Shown: piece after piece, positions 1 to 7,568 of the stretch
Position numbering within the stretch: the stretch's first letter is position 1
Layout of the letters: every line of letters starts with the position of its first letter
Source: a virus
IMG/VR virus record: IMGVR_UViG_3300047160_011942
Location: 1-60,296 of that record
Length of the DNA stretch: 60,296 nucleotides
Direction: 5' to 3' (one strand)
Program-made: the position numbers and the translations under genes
Notes under the pieces: model-generated
The model's input: only the letters and a program-made list of their open reading frames with translations
The model's database searches: none
Told to the model about the DNA's origin: nothing

Positions 1-97
1 TCAAGAAGCGCGTGGTCGACACGATCAAGGCGCACGGCGGCGTGAACGCCGAGGGCAAGGCCTCGCCCTCGTCCATCCCGCCGGCCAACTTCACCGC
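1..97. repeat. Terminal direct repeat; identical to 60200-60296 (circular closure or terminal redundancy)
   Basis: Base-by-base comparison: tcaagaagcgcgtggtcgac...ccggccaacttcaccgc occurs at both window ends (97 nt). Confidence 0.9.
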
Positions 98-134
98 GGC
101 CAAGGCCGCACTCGAAGAACTGGTCAAGGCCTGA
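1..134 (+). CDS. 3' end of wrap-around hypothetical gene that starts at 59641 (full length about 230 aa)
   Basis: The reading frame from ATG 59641 continues through the 97-nt overlap and reaches TGA at 132-134 (...AAKAALEELVKA*). Confidence 0.55.
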   Translation, partial: KKRVVDTIKAHGGVNAEGKASPSSIPPANFTAAKAALEELVKA

Positions 135-191
135 CTGCGCCAGCAGCGCCTCGTTCGCAAGCGCTCGAAGTGGGAGCGCGTCGATCAGGTC

Positions 192-608
192 TTGCTGCTC
201 GCGGTGAAGGTGGGCCATGCCACGCGCAGCCGCATGCAGGCCTTCCTGATCGAGATGGAGATGACGCCCTCGGGATGGCCGCCCGAGGGTCGCGAGGTGC
301 AGCTACTCGTGGAGAACCGCTGCAAGGAACTACGTAAAGCCGGCTATCTCACGCGCAGCGGTACCGATTCCGGTAGCCGCTGGCACCTGACACAGGAAGG
401 AATCGAGCGTGTCCGATCACACCCCCAGCGCCCATGCAAGGTTCGCACCCAGCGCGAGCAAGCGCTATCTCGCATGCAGCGGCTCCTTGACCCTCGAGCG
501 TGGGTTGCCCGACATACCCAACGAACACTCGGACGAAGGCACAGCCTGCCACGACGTGGCTGCCTGGTGCCTGAAGGAGCACCGCCGGGCGGCCGCTCGC
601 GTGGGTGA
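192..608 (+). CDS. Hypothetical protein, possible winged-helix DNA-binding protein; 3' end uncertain
   Basis: TTG-start ORF. The first ~75 aa look protein-like (ELRKAGYLTRSG...RWHLTQEG, wHTH-like). The last ~65 codons overlap the next gene and are Arg-rich junk-like sequence. Confidence 0.3.
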   Translation: MLLAVKVGHATRSRMQAFLIEMEMTPSGWPPEGREVQLLVENRCKELRKAGYLTRSGTDSGSRWHLTQEGIERVRSHPQRPCKVRTQREQALSRMQRLLDPRAWVARHTQRTLGRRHSLPRRGCLVPEGAPPGGRSRG

Positions 609-1035
609 CTACATCGTGGTCTCCCACGGCACCGAGGACGAGCGCAAGGTGCGCTTCGATGACGAGATGGCCGAGTGGGTGCAGGGCTACGTGGACTGCG
701 TGCGGTTCCTCGCCATCGGCCACGAGTACGCCGTCGAGCAGCGGTTGGAATTCAGTCAGTTCGTGGGCCTCGCCAACCAGTTCGGCACCACCGACTTCGC
801 GTTCTTCAACGACCGCGAGGGCGAGCTGAACGTGGTGGACGCGAAGTTCGGCCACGTGCCGGTGGATGTCAAGCGCAACCCGCAGCTCATGATCTACGCG
901 CTCGGCACGCTCGCGCAGATGTACGAGCAGGCGATGCTCGCGGCTGGCGAGCAGTTCGAGGACAGCTTCGACAAGTCGGTGCGCGAGGTGCTGACGCAGC
1001 AACAGGAGGGGAGCGACGATGACCTCGCCGATTGA
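409..1035 (+). CDS. PD-(D/E)XK nuclease, Cas4/RecB-like (DUF2800-type), N-terminal catalytic part
   Basis: GTG start with AGGAAGGA 8 nt upstream. Motifs: YLACSGS (N-terminal Cys), EGTACH, TTDFAFF (D), VVDAKFG (D-x-K), QLMIYALG (QxxxY). Ends in DDDLAD. Confidence 0.8.
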   Translation: MSDHTPSAHARFAPSASKRYLACSGSLTLERGLPDIPNEHSDEGTACHDVAAWCLKEHRRAAARVGDYIVVSHGTEDERKVRFDDEMAEWVQGYVDCVRFLAIGHEYAVEQRLEFSQFVGLANQFGTTDFAFFNDREGELNVVDAKFGHVPVDVKRNPQLMIYALGTLAQMYEQAMLAAGEQFEDSFDKSVREVLTQQQEGSDDDLAD

Positions 1036-1879
1036 TCCCGTCGACTACCAACGCCGCGTCTTCGATTGGGCGCGCGAGCGTGGCATCAAGACCGTGCGAC
1101 TGGCGATCTACCAGCCCAAGGTCACCGAGGGCCCGACCTTCGACGTGCTGCCGCTGCACGAACTGGAGACCTTCGCTCGCGATCTGCAGCTCGGCATCGA
1201 ACGGTGCTTGCGAGCGGACGCGGCACGCGACCAGATGCCCGAGGATGCCTGGAACCAGGAGTTCCTCGTGGCCGAGCCCACCGAGGACGTGTGCCGCTGG
1301 TGCAAGGCCTACCCGTCATGCCCGGCCGTGCAGACGAAGATCCAGCGGGCCATGGGCGTGGGCTTCGAAGCGGTGCTCGAGGAAGCCACGGCGTTGGCCG
1401 CCGAGAACTTGACCACCTTGCAAGTGTCCGAGGCGCTGCAGGTGGTACCGCTAATCGAGGGCTGGTGCAAGGCCGTGCGTGCCCGTATGGAATCGCACCT
1501 GCTTGCCGGCGGCGACGATGACACGTGGGGGTTGGAACTCGGGCGCAAGGGCAATCGTCAGTGGGCCGACCCCGAGGTGGCCGAGGACACGATCCGCAAC
1601 AAGTTCCGCATCCCGATCCAGTCGGCCTACACGATGAAGCTGAAGAGCCCGACGCAGATCGAGGAACTCACCAAGCCGGCCAAGGACGAGAAGGGCGTCG
1701 AGATGAAGCCCATCGTCGGCCCGCGGCAGTGGAAGCTGCTGCAGGCCAACATCGTGCGCAAGGACGGCGTGCCCTCCGTCAAGCGCAAGAACGTGATCAA
1801 GGATCCCTACGTCGTTATCAAGCCGGACACCGAGGGCCTGACCCCGGTCGAGGCCGAGGACGACGATCTCGCTGACTGA
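1019..1879 (+). CDS. DUF2800-type nuclease, C-terminal part carrying the CX2CX5C cysteine cluster
   Basis: ATG lies inside the tail codons of the upstream ORF (+1 frame). Has VRLAIYQPK and CRWCKAYPSC as in the C-terminal half of Cas4-like DUF2800 proteins. Ends in DDDLAD. Confidence 0.75.
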   Translation: MTSPIDPVDYQRRVFDWARERGIKTVRLAIYQPKVTEGPTFDVLPLHELETFARDLQLGIERCLRADAARDQMPEDAWNQEFLVAEPTEDVCRWCKAYPSCPAVQTKIQRAMGVGFEAVLEEATALAAENLTTLQVSEALQVVPLIEGWCKAVRARMESHLLAGGDDDTWGLELGRKGNRQWADPEVAEDTIRNKFRIPIQSAYTMKLKSPTQIEELTKPAKDEKGVEMKPIVGPRQWKLLQANIVRKDGVPSVKRKNVIKDPYVVIKPDTEGLTPVEAEDDDLAD

Positions 1880-1911
1880 TTCCCTCAACCCCCTCCACCA
1901 AGGAGCATTCC

Positions 1912-2319
1912 ATGAACCCCGACATCCAATCCGCTGTCGACGCTCGCGCGGCCGAGACCGGCGCCTCGCGCGTCACCGCCGCCGACATCGACGCGGAGAT
2001 CGCGAGCGTGAATTTCTTCACGGCTGCGCAAGGTGAGTTCGGTGCCCGCATGTATGAGGACGGCACCACACCGATGCCCAAACCCTCGACGCTCGACCTG
2101 CTCACGCTCTGCGTGCTGGTGCTCAAGAACGGCTTCACGGTCGTGGGCAAGTCGGCCTGCGCCGACCCGCGCATGTTCGATGCGGAGATCGGCCGCAAGG
2201 TCGCGCTCAATGACGCCAAGGGCCAGTGCTGGGCGCTGCTCGGCTTCCGGCTGCGCGACGCGATCGAGAATGCGGAGAAGACCGGGCAACCGGTGATCTT
2301 CAAGCGGCCGGCCTTCTGA
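1912..2319 (+). CDS. N4 Gp49 / Sf6 gp66-like phage protein
   Basis: GKSACADPRMFDAEIGRKVALNDA core typical of the Gp49 family. GGAG SD upstream. Confidence 0.65.
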   Translation: MNPDIQSAVDARAAETGASRVTAADIDAEIASVNFFTAAQGEFGARMYEDGTTPMPKPSTLDLLTLCVLVLKNGFTVVGKSACADPRMFDAEIGRKVALNDAKGQCWALLGFRLRDAIENAEKTGQPVIFKRPAF

Positions 2320-2352
2320 TTTCCCGTTCCCCTCAACCACCAGGAGCCCAAC

Positions 2353-3000
2353 ATGGCCAAGCGTGAAATCATCCTGCCGCTCGCGCGGCTCTCCTATCCC
2401 GTCTTCGGCGCTCCCGAAGAGTTCAAGGCGGGCGACGGCAAGTTCCGTTGGGGCTGCAGCCTGTGGGTGCCCAAGTCCAACGACATCGGGCCGGCGGACA
2501 TCCTGAAGCAAGGCATCAAGAACACCGACACCCTCGCGCTCGTCGACAAGACGATCAGGGCGGTCGCGGCGGAAGCGTGGCCGAAGGACCACGCCAAGAT
2601 CCTGCCCGAGGTGCTGCTGGACAGGAAAGGCTGCTGCTGGATCGACGGCACTCGTCGCAACGAAGCCGAGGCCGAGGGCTACTGGACGCTGAGCGCCTAC
2701 CGCTACAAGAAGGACGGGCGTCCGAAGATCGTGGACTCCGACCTGTCGCCGCTCTACGACGACAAGAACGAGATCATGCCTGGCAAGGGTGGCCGCATGT
2801 ACGCCGGTTGCTGGGTGCGCGCGAAGGTCGAGATCTGGACGCAGGACAACAAGGGCGGCAACGGGTACGGCATTCGCGGCGGCCTGCTGACCGTGCAGTA
2901 CCTGCGCAAGGGCGACGCGTTCGGCGGCGCGGGTGCGGTGTCCACCGACGGCTTCGGCGCGGTCGAGGACGGCGCGGACGCGGACGACATCGCGGATTGA
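2353..3000 (+). CDS. DUF2815-type ssDNA-binding protein
   Basis: N-terminal ...LARLSYPVFGAPE... signature. Positioned between the DUF2800 nuclease and PolA as in the known DUF2800-DUF2815-PolA module. Acidic tail DADDIAD. Confidence 0.7.
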   Translation: MAKREIILPLARLSYPVFGAPEEFKAGDGKFRWGCSLWVPKSNDIGPADILKQGIKNTDTLALVDKTIRAVAAEAWPKDHAKILPEVLLDRKGCCWIDGTRRNEAEAEGYWTLSAYRYKKDGRPKIVDSDLSPLYDDKNEIMPGKGGRMYAGCWVRAKVEIWTQDNKGGNGYGIRGGLLTVQYLRKGDAFGGAGAVSTDGFGAVEDGADADDIAD

Positions 3001-3002
3001 TC

Positions 3003-3425
3003 ATGCCTCGCGAGATCTGGCGTCCGGTTGTCGGACACGAGGGGGCTTACGAAGTGAGCAACCTCGGCCGCGTCCGGTCGCTGGATCGATGGATCTGGAA
3101 GGAGGGTCCGGTTCGTGCTTACTGGGTGTTCGTTCACGGCAAGATACTGAAGCCGGGTCGATGCCCATCTGGTCACATGACAGTCGGCATCGGCAAGCGC
3201 AACACCCAGAGCGTGCATGTGCTTGTGATGCTGGCGTTCAGAGGGCCGCCCCCACCCGGGCATGAGGTACTTCACCTGAACCACACCCCCGGAGACAACC
3301 GCTTGTCGAATCTGAAATACGGAACGACCAGCGAAAACCTCAAGATGGATTACGTGGCAGGCACCCGGAAGGGTTGGAAGAACATTAGCCGGTGGAAGAA
3401 CCGCGATGCCAAACCTGTGGTTTGA
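3003..3425 (+). CDS. HNH homing endonuclease (NUMOD4 + HNH_3 type)
   Basis: WRPVVGHEGAYEVSNLGRVRS (NUMOD4-like) and VLHLNHTPGDNRLSNLKYGTTSEN (HNH_3-like). Inserted between the SSB and polymerase genes. Confidence 0.8.
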   Translation: MPREIWRPVVGHEGAYEVSNLGRVRSLDRWIWKEGPVRAYWVFVHGKILKPGRCPSGHMTVGIGKRNTQSVHVLVMLAFRGPPPPGHEVLHLNHTPGDNRLSNLKYGTTSENLKMDYVAGTRKGWKNISRWKNRDAKPVV

Positions 3426-5634
3426 TTTGGAGACGAGATCCCCCGTCCCGATCAAGGACGGGGTGCATCGCTACGCTGAACAGGCCGAGATCCTGCTGTG
3501 GGCGTATGCGATCGACGAGGGCGAGCCGGTGGTGTGGGACATCACATCAGGTGATCCCGCGCCCGACGACCTGGTGGCCGCGCTCCGCGATCCGGAGATG
3601 CTGGTCTGGGGTCAAAACGCCGGCATGTTCGACTTCGTGGTGCTGCACCACGCCGCACCCTGGTTCGAGAAGCTCGTGCCCATGATCCGCTGGCGCGACA
3701 CGATGGTGCAGGCCTACGCGCACTCGCTGCCCGGGTCGCTCGAGAAGCTGGGCGCGATCTTCGACATGGACGCCGCCGACCAGAAGCTGGTCGACGAGGG
3801 CCGCAAGTACATTCGTCTGTTCTGCATCCCGCACACGATCGATGCGGACGGCACGCCGCACTACCACGACAAGCAATCACACCCCGTCGAGTGGGCCGGC
3901 TTCATCCGCTACGCGGCGCGCGACATCAAGACCATGCGGGTGGCGCACCACAAGGCGCCGATGTGGAACTACCGCGGCAAGCAAGTCGAGCTGTGGCACG
4001 AGAACCTGCGGATGAACTACCGCGGCTTCGCGGTCGACGTGGAGCTGGCCGAGGCCGCCATCGCCGCGGCGGAGGCCGAGAAGGCGCGGCTGGCCAAGCG
4101 CACCAAGGCGGTCACGATGGGCTGGGTGGACTCCGCCACCCAGCGCGACGAGCTGCTGCGCTACATCTGCGCGGCCTACGGCGTCGAGCTGCCTGACATG
4201 CAGGCCGACACGCTCGAGCGGCGCATGGACGATCCCGATCTGCCGGCTGAGGTCAAGGAGCTGCTGGGCCTGCGCCTGCGCGCGTCGATGAACTCGCCGA
4301 CCAAGTACAAGACGGGCCTGAAGGGCATGAGCCGAGATGGCCGGCTGCGCGGCTGCGAGCAGTTCCGTGGCGCGCTGCGCACCGGGCGCTCTGGCCACCG
4401 TCTGTTTCAACCGGGCAACCTGCCGCGGCCCGCCTACAAGTGGGCGCACCTGCAGGAACTGGTGGCTGCGGTGAAGGCCGGCTGCCTGGAGTGGGTGTCC
4501 GACCACGTGATGCAGGCCTGCGCGTCGATGATCCGCTGCATGCTGATTGCGGGGCCGGGCAAGAAGCTGGTCGTGGCCGACCTCTCGAATATCGAGGGCC
4601 GCATGGCTGCGTGGCTAGCCGGCGAGGACTGGAAACTGCAGGCTTTCCGCGCTTACGATGCCGGCGAGGGTCACGACCTGTACGTGATCAGCTACTGCCG
4701 TTCGTTCGGTGTGTCACTCGATGGCGTGCCGTTCAAGGACGGCAAGGAGTTTATCGGCTTCGATAACCGGCAGATCGGCAAGGTCGAAGAGTTGATGTTC
4801 CAGTACGGCGGCGGCGTGGGCGCCTGGATCACTGGAGCTGCGACCTACGGGATCGATCTCGATGCCATGCATGCGGCGGTACGCGACACGCTGCCCGAGT
4901 GGGCGATCGATGAGGCGCGGGACTTCCTGCACTGGCTCGACGAGTGCGCAGTTGCCGAACGTGACGAGGCACTCAAGAAGTGGGCAGCGAAAAACGGCAG
5001 CGCCACGACCGCCGAGTTCCACGACAAAGTGGCGGAACTGGATGCGGCGGTCATCAAGAAGCAGGCCAAGCAGCGGTTCGGATTGAAGGATGAGGTGTGG
5101 GTCACGTGTGACGCGATCAAGCGCCTCTGGCGCCGCGCCCATCCGGCCATCGTCAGTTACTGGCGCGAGCTGGAAGACACGATCAAGGAGGCGATCGAGA
5201 ACCCGGGCCAGCCCTACAAGGCGCGCAAGGTGGTGATCCAGCGCGACGGTACATGGTTGCGCATCAAGCTGCCCTCGGGTCGGTACCTCTGCTACCCGAA
5301 TATCCGACTGAAGAACGGCAAGATCACTTACGTCGGGCCCGACACGTATTCGAAAAAATGGGGCGATGTCAACACATACGGGGGGAAGGTATTCGAGAAC
5401 ATCGTGCAGGCGGCCTCCAACGATCAGTTCATGGAACCGCTGCCGACAATCGTTGCCGCGGGTTACCTTCCCGAAATCGGGTTGCACGATGAGTGGGTCA
5501 CGGAAACACCTGACACCGAGGACTTCACAGCGAAGCGGTTAAGCGCCATGATGACGATGGATCTCGGTTGGAACGCCGGGCTCCCGCTAGCCGCTGATGG
5601 CTGGGAAGATCAAGCCTTCCACAAGGCTGACTAG
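3406..5634 (+). CDS. Family A DNA polymerase with 3'-5' exonuclease domain
   Basis: FDLETRS (Exo I), VVADLSNIEGR (motif A region), RQIGKVEELMFQYGGG (motif B), GLHDEWVTE (motif C). 742 aa uninterrupted. Confidence 0.95.
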   Translation: MPNLWFDLETRSPVPIKDGVHRYAEQAEILLWAYAIDEGEPVVWDITSGDPAPDDLVAALRDPEMLVWGQNAGMFDFVVLHHAAPWFEKLVPMIRWRDTMVQAYAHSLPGSLEKLGAIFDMDAADQKLVDEGRKYIRLFCIPHTIDADGTPHYHDKQSHPVEWAGFIRYAARDIKTMRVAHHKAPMWNYRGKQVELWHENLRMNYRGFAVDVELAEAAIAAAEAEKARLAKRTKAVTMGWVDSATQRDELLRYICAAYGVELPDMQADTLERRMDDPDLPAEVKELLGLRLRASMNSPTKYKTGLKGMSRDGRLRGCEQFRGALRTGRSGHRLFQPGNLPRPAYKWAHLQELVAAVKAGCLEWVSDHVMQACASMIRCMLIAGPGKKLVVADLSNIEGRMAAWLAGEDWKLQAFRAYDAGEGHDLYVISYCRSFGVSLDGVPFKDGKEFIGFDNRQIGKVEELMFQYGGGVGAWITGAATYGIDLDAMHAAVRDTLPEWAIDEARDFLHWLDECAVAERDEALKKWAAKNGSATTAEFHDKVAELDAAVIKKQAKQRFGLKDEVWVTCDAIKRLWRRAHPAIVSYWRELEDTIKEAIENPGQPYKARKVVIQRDGTWLRIKLPSGRYLCYPNIRLKNGKITYVGPDTYSKKWGDVNTYGGKVFENIVQAASNDQFMEPLPTIVAAGYLPEIGLHDEWVTETPDTEDFTAKRLSAMMTMDLGWNAGLPLAADGWEDQAFHKAD

Positions 5635-5642
5635 GAGGAATC

Positions 5643-5876
5643 GTGAAGTCATTCTACGAACATCACGGCTTCGATGAGTACGAAGCCCGCGACACGGAAG
5701 ACGAGGCGGGCGTACCGCGGGTCCCACGTTGCAAGTTCTGCGGCTCGGAAGACGTGCGCTGGCGCCAGCAAGGCGGCAAGTGGGTGCTGTTCAGCCTGAT
5801 GCCGGGCATCGAGCATCGGTGCGCCGAACGCGGCGCCCCCAACACGGACGGCATGGCGCCGGTCGAAGATGCCTGA
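5643..5876 (+). CDS. Small zinc-ribbon protein
   Basis: GTG start after AGGAGGAA. CKFCGS...HRC cysteine/histidine pairs. Confidence 0.5.
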   Translation: MKSFYEHHGFDEYEARDTEDEAGVPRVPRCKFCGSEDVRWRQQGGKWVLFSLMPGIEHRCAERGAPNTDGMAPVEDA

Positions 5877-6213
5877 ACGCGCCAACCGCCGCTCACCGAT
5901 CGGTGAGCGCGAACAGTCCGTCGAGGACTACCTGGACGAGCAGGTGCGGCTGGCTGGCGGCGAGACGCGCAAGCTCTCGTGGCTCGGCCGGCGCAACGCC
6001 AACGACCGCCTCGTGTTGCTGCCCACCACGGCGCGCCACCCGGTCGTCGAGGTGAAGAAGCGCGGGCTCGCGGCCACCTTCCCGCGGCCCGGCGATGCCC
6101 ACGAGCAGGCCCAGTGGCGCGAGCATTGCCGCTTGCGCGCTGCCGGCTTCGAGGTATGGGTCATCGACTCCAAGCAAGGTGTGCATGACGTGATCGAAGG
6201 GAAGATGCCATGA
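5869..6213 (+). CDS. VRR-NUC domain nuclease
   Basis: NDRLVLLP...VVEVKKRG...QAQW pattern (D...ExK) typical of VRR-NUC. Start overlaps the upstream stop. Confidence 0.8.
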   Translation: MPERANRRSPIGEREQSVEDYLDEQVRLAGGETRKLSWLGRRNANDRLVLLPTTARHPVVEVKKRGLAATFPRPGDAHEQAQWREHCRLRAAGFEVWVIDSKQGVHDVIEGKMP

Positions 6214-7568
6214 ATGCCAACACAACCCAGCCTGACGCAGCTTCGGGGGATGCGGGTCAGCTGGCGGCGCTCGAAGCGGATTACGTGGACGAGCGCGGCG
6301 AACTGAGACCCAATCGTCGGAAACACCCTCGGCGGCCAGACCGCGCTGCAGAGGAACTGTTCAACGGCTTCGCGAACCTCATCGCGAACATCGGTGTCAA
6401 TGATCGCTATTGGCACGCCTATCTCTGCGCCATGCGTCAGTCGTTCGCAGACTATGCCAGAGCCGCCACCCCGCAGGCACCGAAGCCCGACACCCCACCC
6501 CCGACGCCGGCAGAGGGGGCGCGCAAGCCGCCGATTCCTGCGACGTGGTTCCACGGCGAAGGCGCCTACGCTCAGTGCTACTACTGCCATCGGTACTCGC
6601 TCGACCCGCAGACGCTAGGCGATCGGCCACCAGCGTGCGAATGCGGCGAGAAGCTCGGATGGTCGGGGTCGTTCAAGCCCCCAGGCCCCGATGCGAAGTG
6701 GAGCGACGCCTCCCCTCCAGTCGCTGCACCGCAGGCGCAAGCCGTGGCGTGGCCGAGCGGCCTATGGCGGCGTGTGCGTGAGGCGGCCAACCGGATTTCA
6801 GGCAATTACTCTCCGCGCCGTATCCCCGCGGAGCCAGGGGATGTCGATCTTGTGTTGGCAGAGATCCAATTGCTCCTGGAAGGGCGCGAACCACCATCTT
6901 GTCTTGACAAGCTGCCGCGAGAGCCTCTCGGCGTCTTCGCATCCTCCCCTGCGCAGCCCGAGCAGTGCCCCGACCCCGAAGGGTGCCTGCGCGAAGGCTG
7001 CAATCGCACGCTGGACGGTGCGCCATGCCATCGGCATCCGGACGGGGCGGCGCCGCAGCCCGAGCCTGCGCGAGTGCCGCTGACGATAGACGCCAATCAC
7101 TCGCCGATTGCATCGACGCTGCTCGCGCCAAGGAGAGCGGCCATGACTGAAGGCGGGAAGCTGCCGGAGCCGGAGTTCTCCGCGCTGATGGATCACATCT
7201 ATGAGTACGGCACGATGTCCGAAGGCATCGTCTTCCGAGCGCGCTGTCTCATCGAGGCCGCACATCCTGCCCTCGCCTCGCGCATCCGCGAGCTCGAATC
7301 CGCCGCCCACGACCACCGCCTGGAGGTCGACGCCCTGCGCCTGGAGCGCGATACCGCGACGGGCAGGGTGAGTGAGCTGGAGGCGGAGCGCGATGCGCTG
7401 CGAGCGGCGCTTCGTCGGCACATCGAAGAATTCGCATATCTGTGCGGCGAAAGACAGCGATACAGCCGCGACGACCTCATGCGTTGGGGCGCCTTCCACG
7501 AACAGGCATTGGCCCTCCTGCCCCCCACCCCTACGGCCGGCGAGCCGCAAGGAAAGGATCAAGGTTGA
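6210..7568 (+). CDS. Hypothetical protein (Pro-rich, Cys clusters, C-terminal coiled coil)
   Basis: ATGA overlap with the VRR-NUC stop. CYYCH...CECGEK zinc-ribbon-like motif. C-terminal heptad-like ELESAAHDHRLEVDALRLERD. Confidence 0.55.
   Translation: MNANTTQPDAASGDAGQLAALEADYVDERGELRPNRRKHPRRPDRAAEELFNGFANLIANIGVNDRYWHAYLCAMRQSFADYARAATPQAPKPDTPPPTPAEGARKPPIPATWFHGEGAYAQCYYCHRYSLDPQTLGDRPPACECGEKLGWSGSFKPPGPDAKWSDASPPVAAPQAQAVAWPSGLWRRVREAANRISGNYSPRRIPAEPGDVDLVLAEIQLLLEGREPPSCLDKLPREPLGVFASSPAQPEQCPDPEGCLREGCNRTLDGAPCHRHPDGAAPQPEPARVPLTIDANHSPIASTLLAPRRAAMTEGGKLPEPEFSALMDHIYEYGTMSEGIVFRARCLIEAAHPALASRIRELESAAHDHRLEVDALRLERDTATGRVSELEAERDALRAALRRHIEEFAYLCGERQRYSRDDLMRWGAFHEQALALLPPTPTAGEPQGKDQG

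Noticed and set aside
349-1002. Long antisense or alternative-frame ORFs throughout the genome. Examples: 349-1002(-), 1885-2592(-), 7559-8368(-), 23110-24789(+), 33511-34578(+), 39437-40438(+), 59539-60234(-).
   Set aside because: Their translations are Arg/Gly/Ala/Pro/His-rich with no motifs. They mirror well-supported genes on the other strand. This is the usual open-frame artefact of GC-rich DNA.
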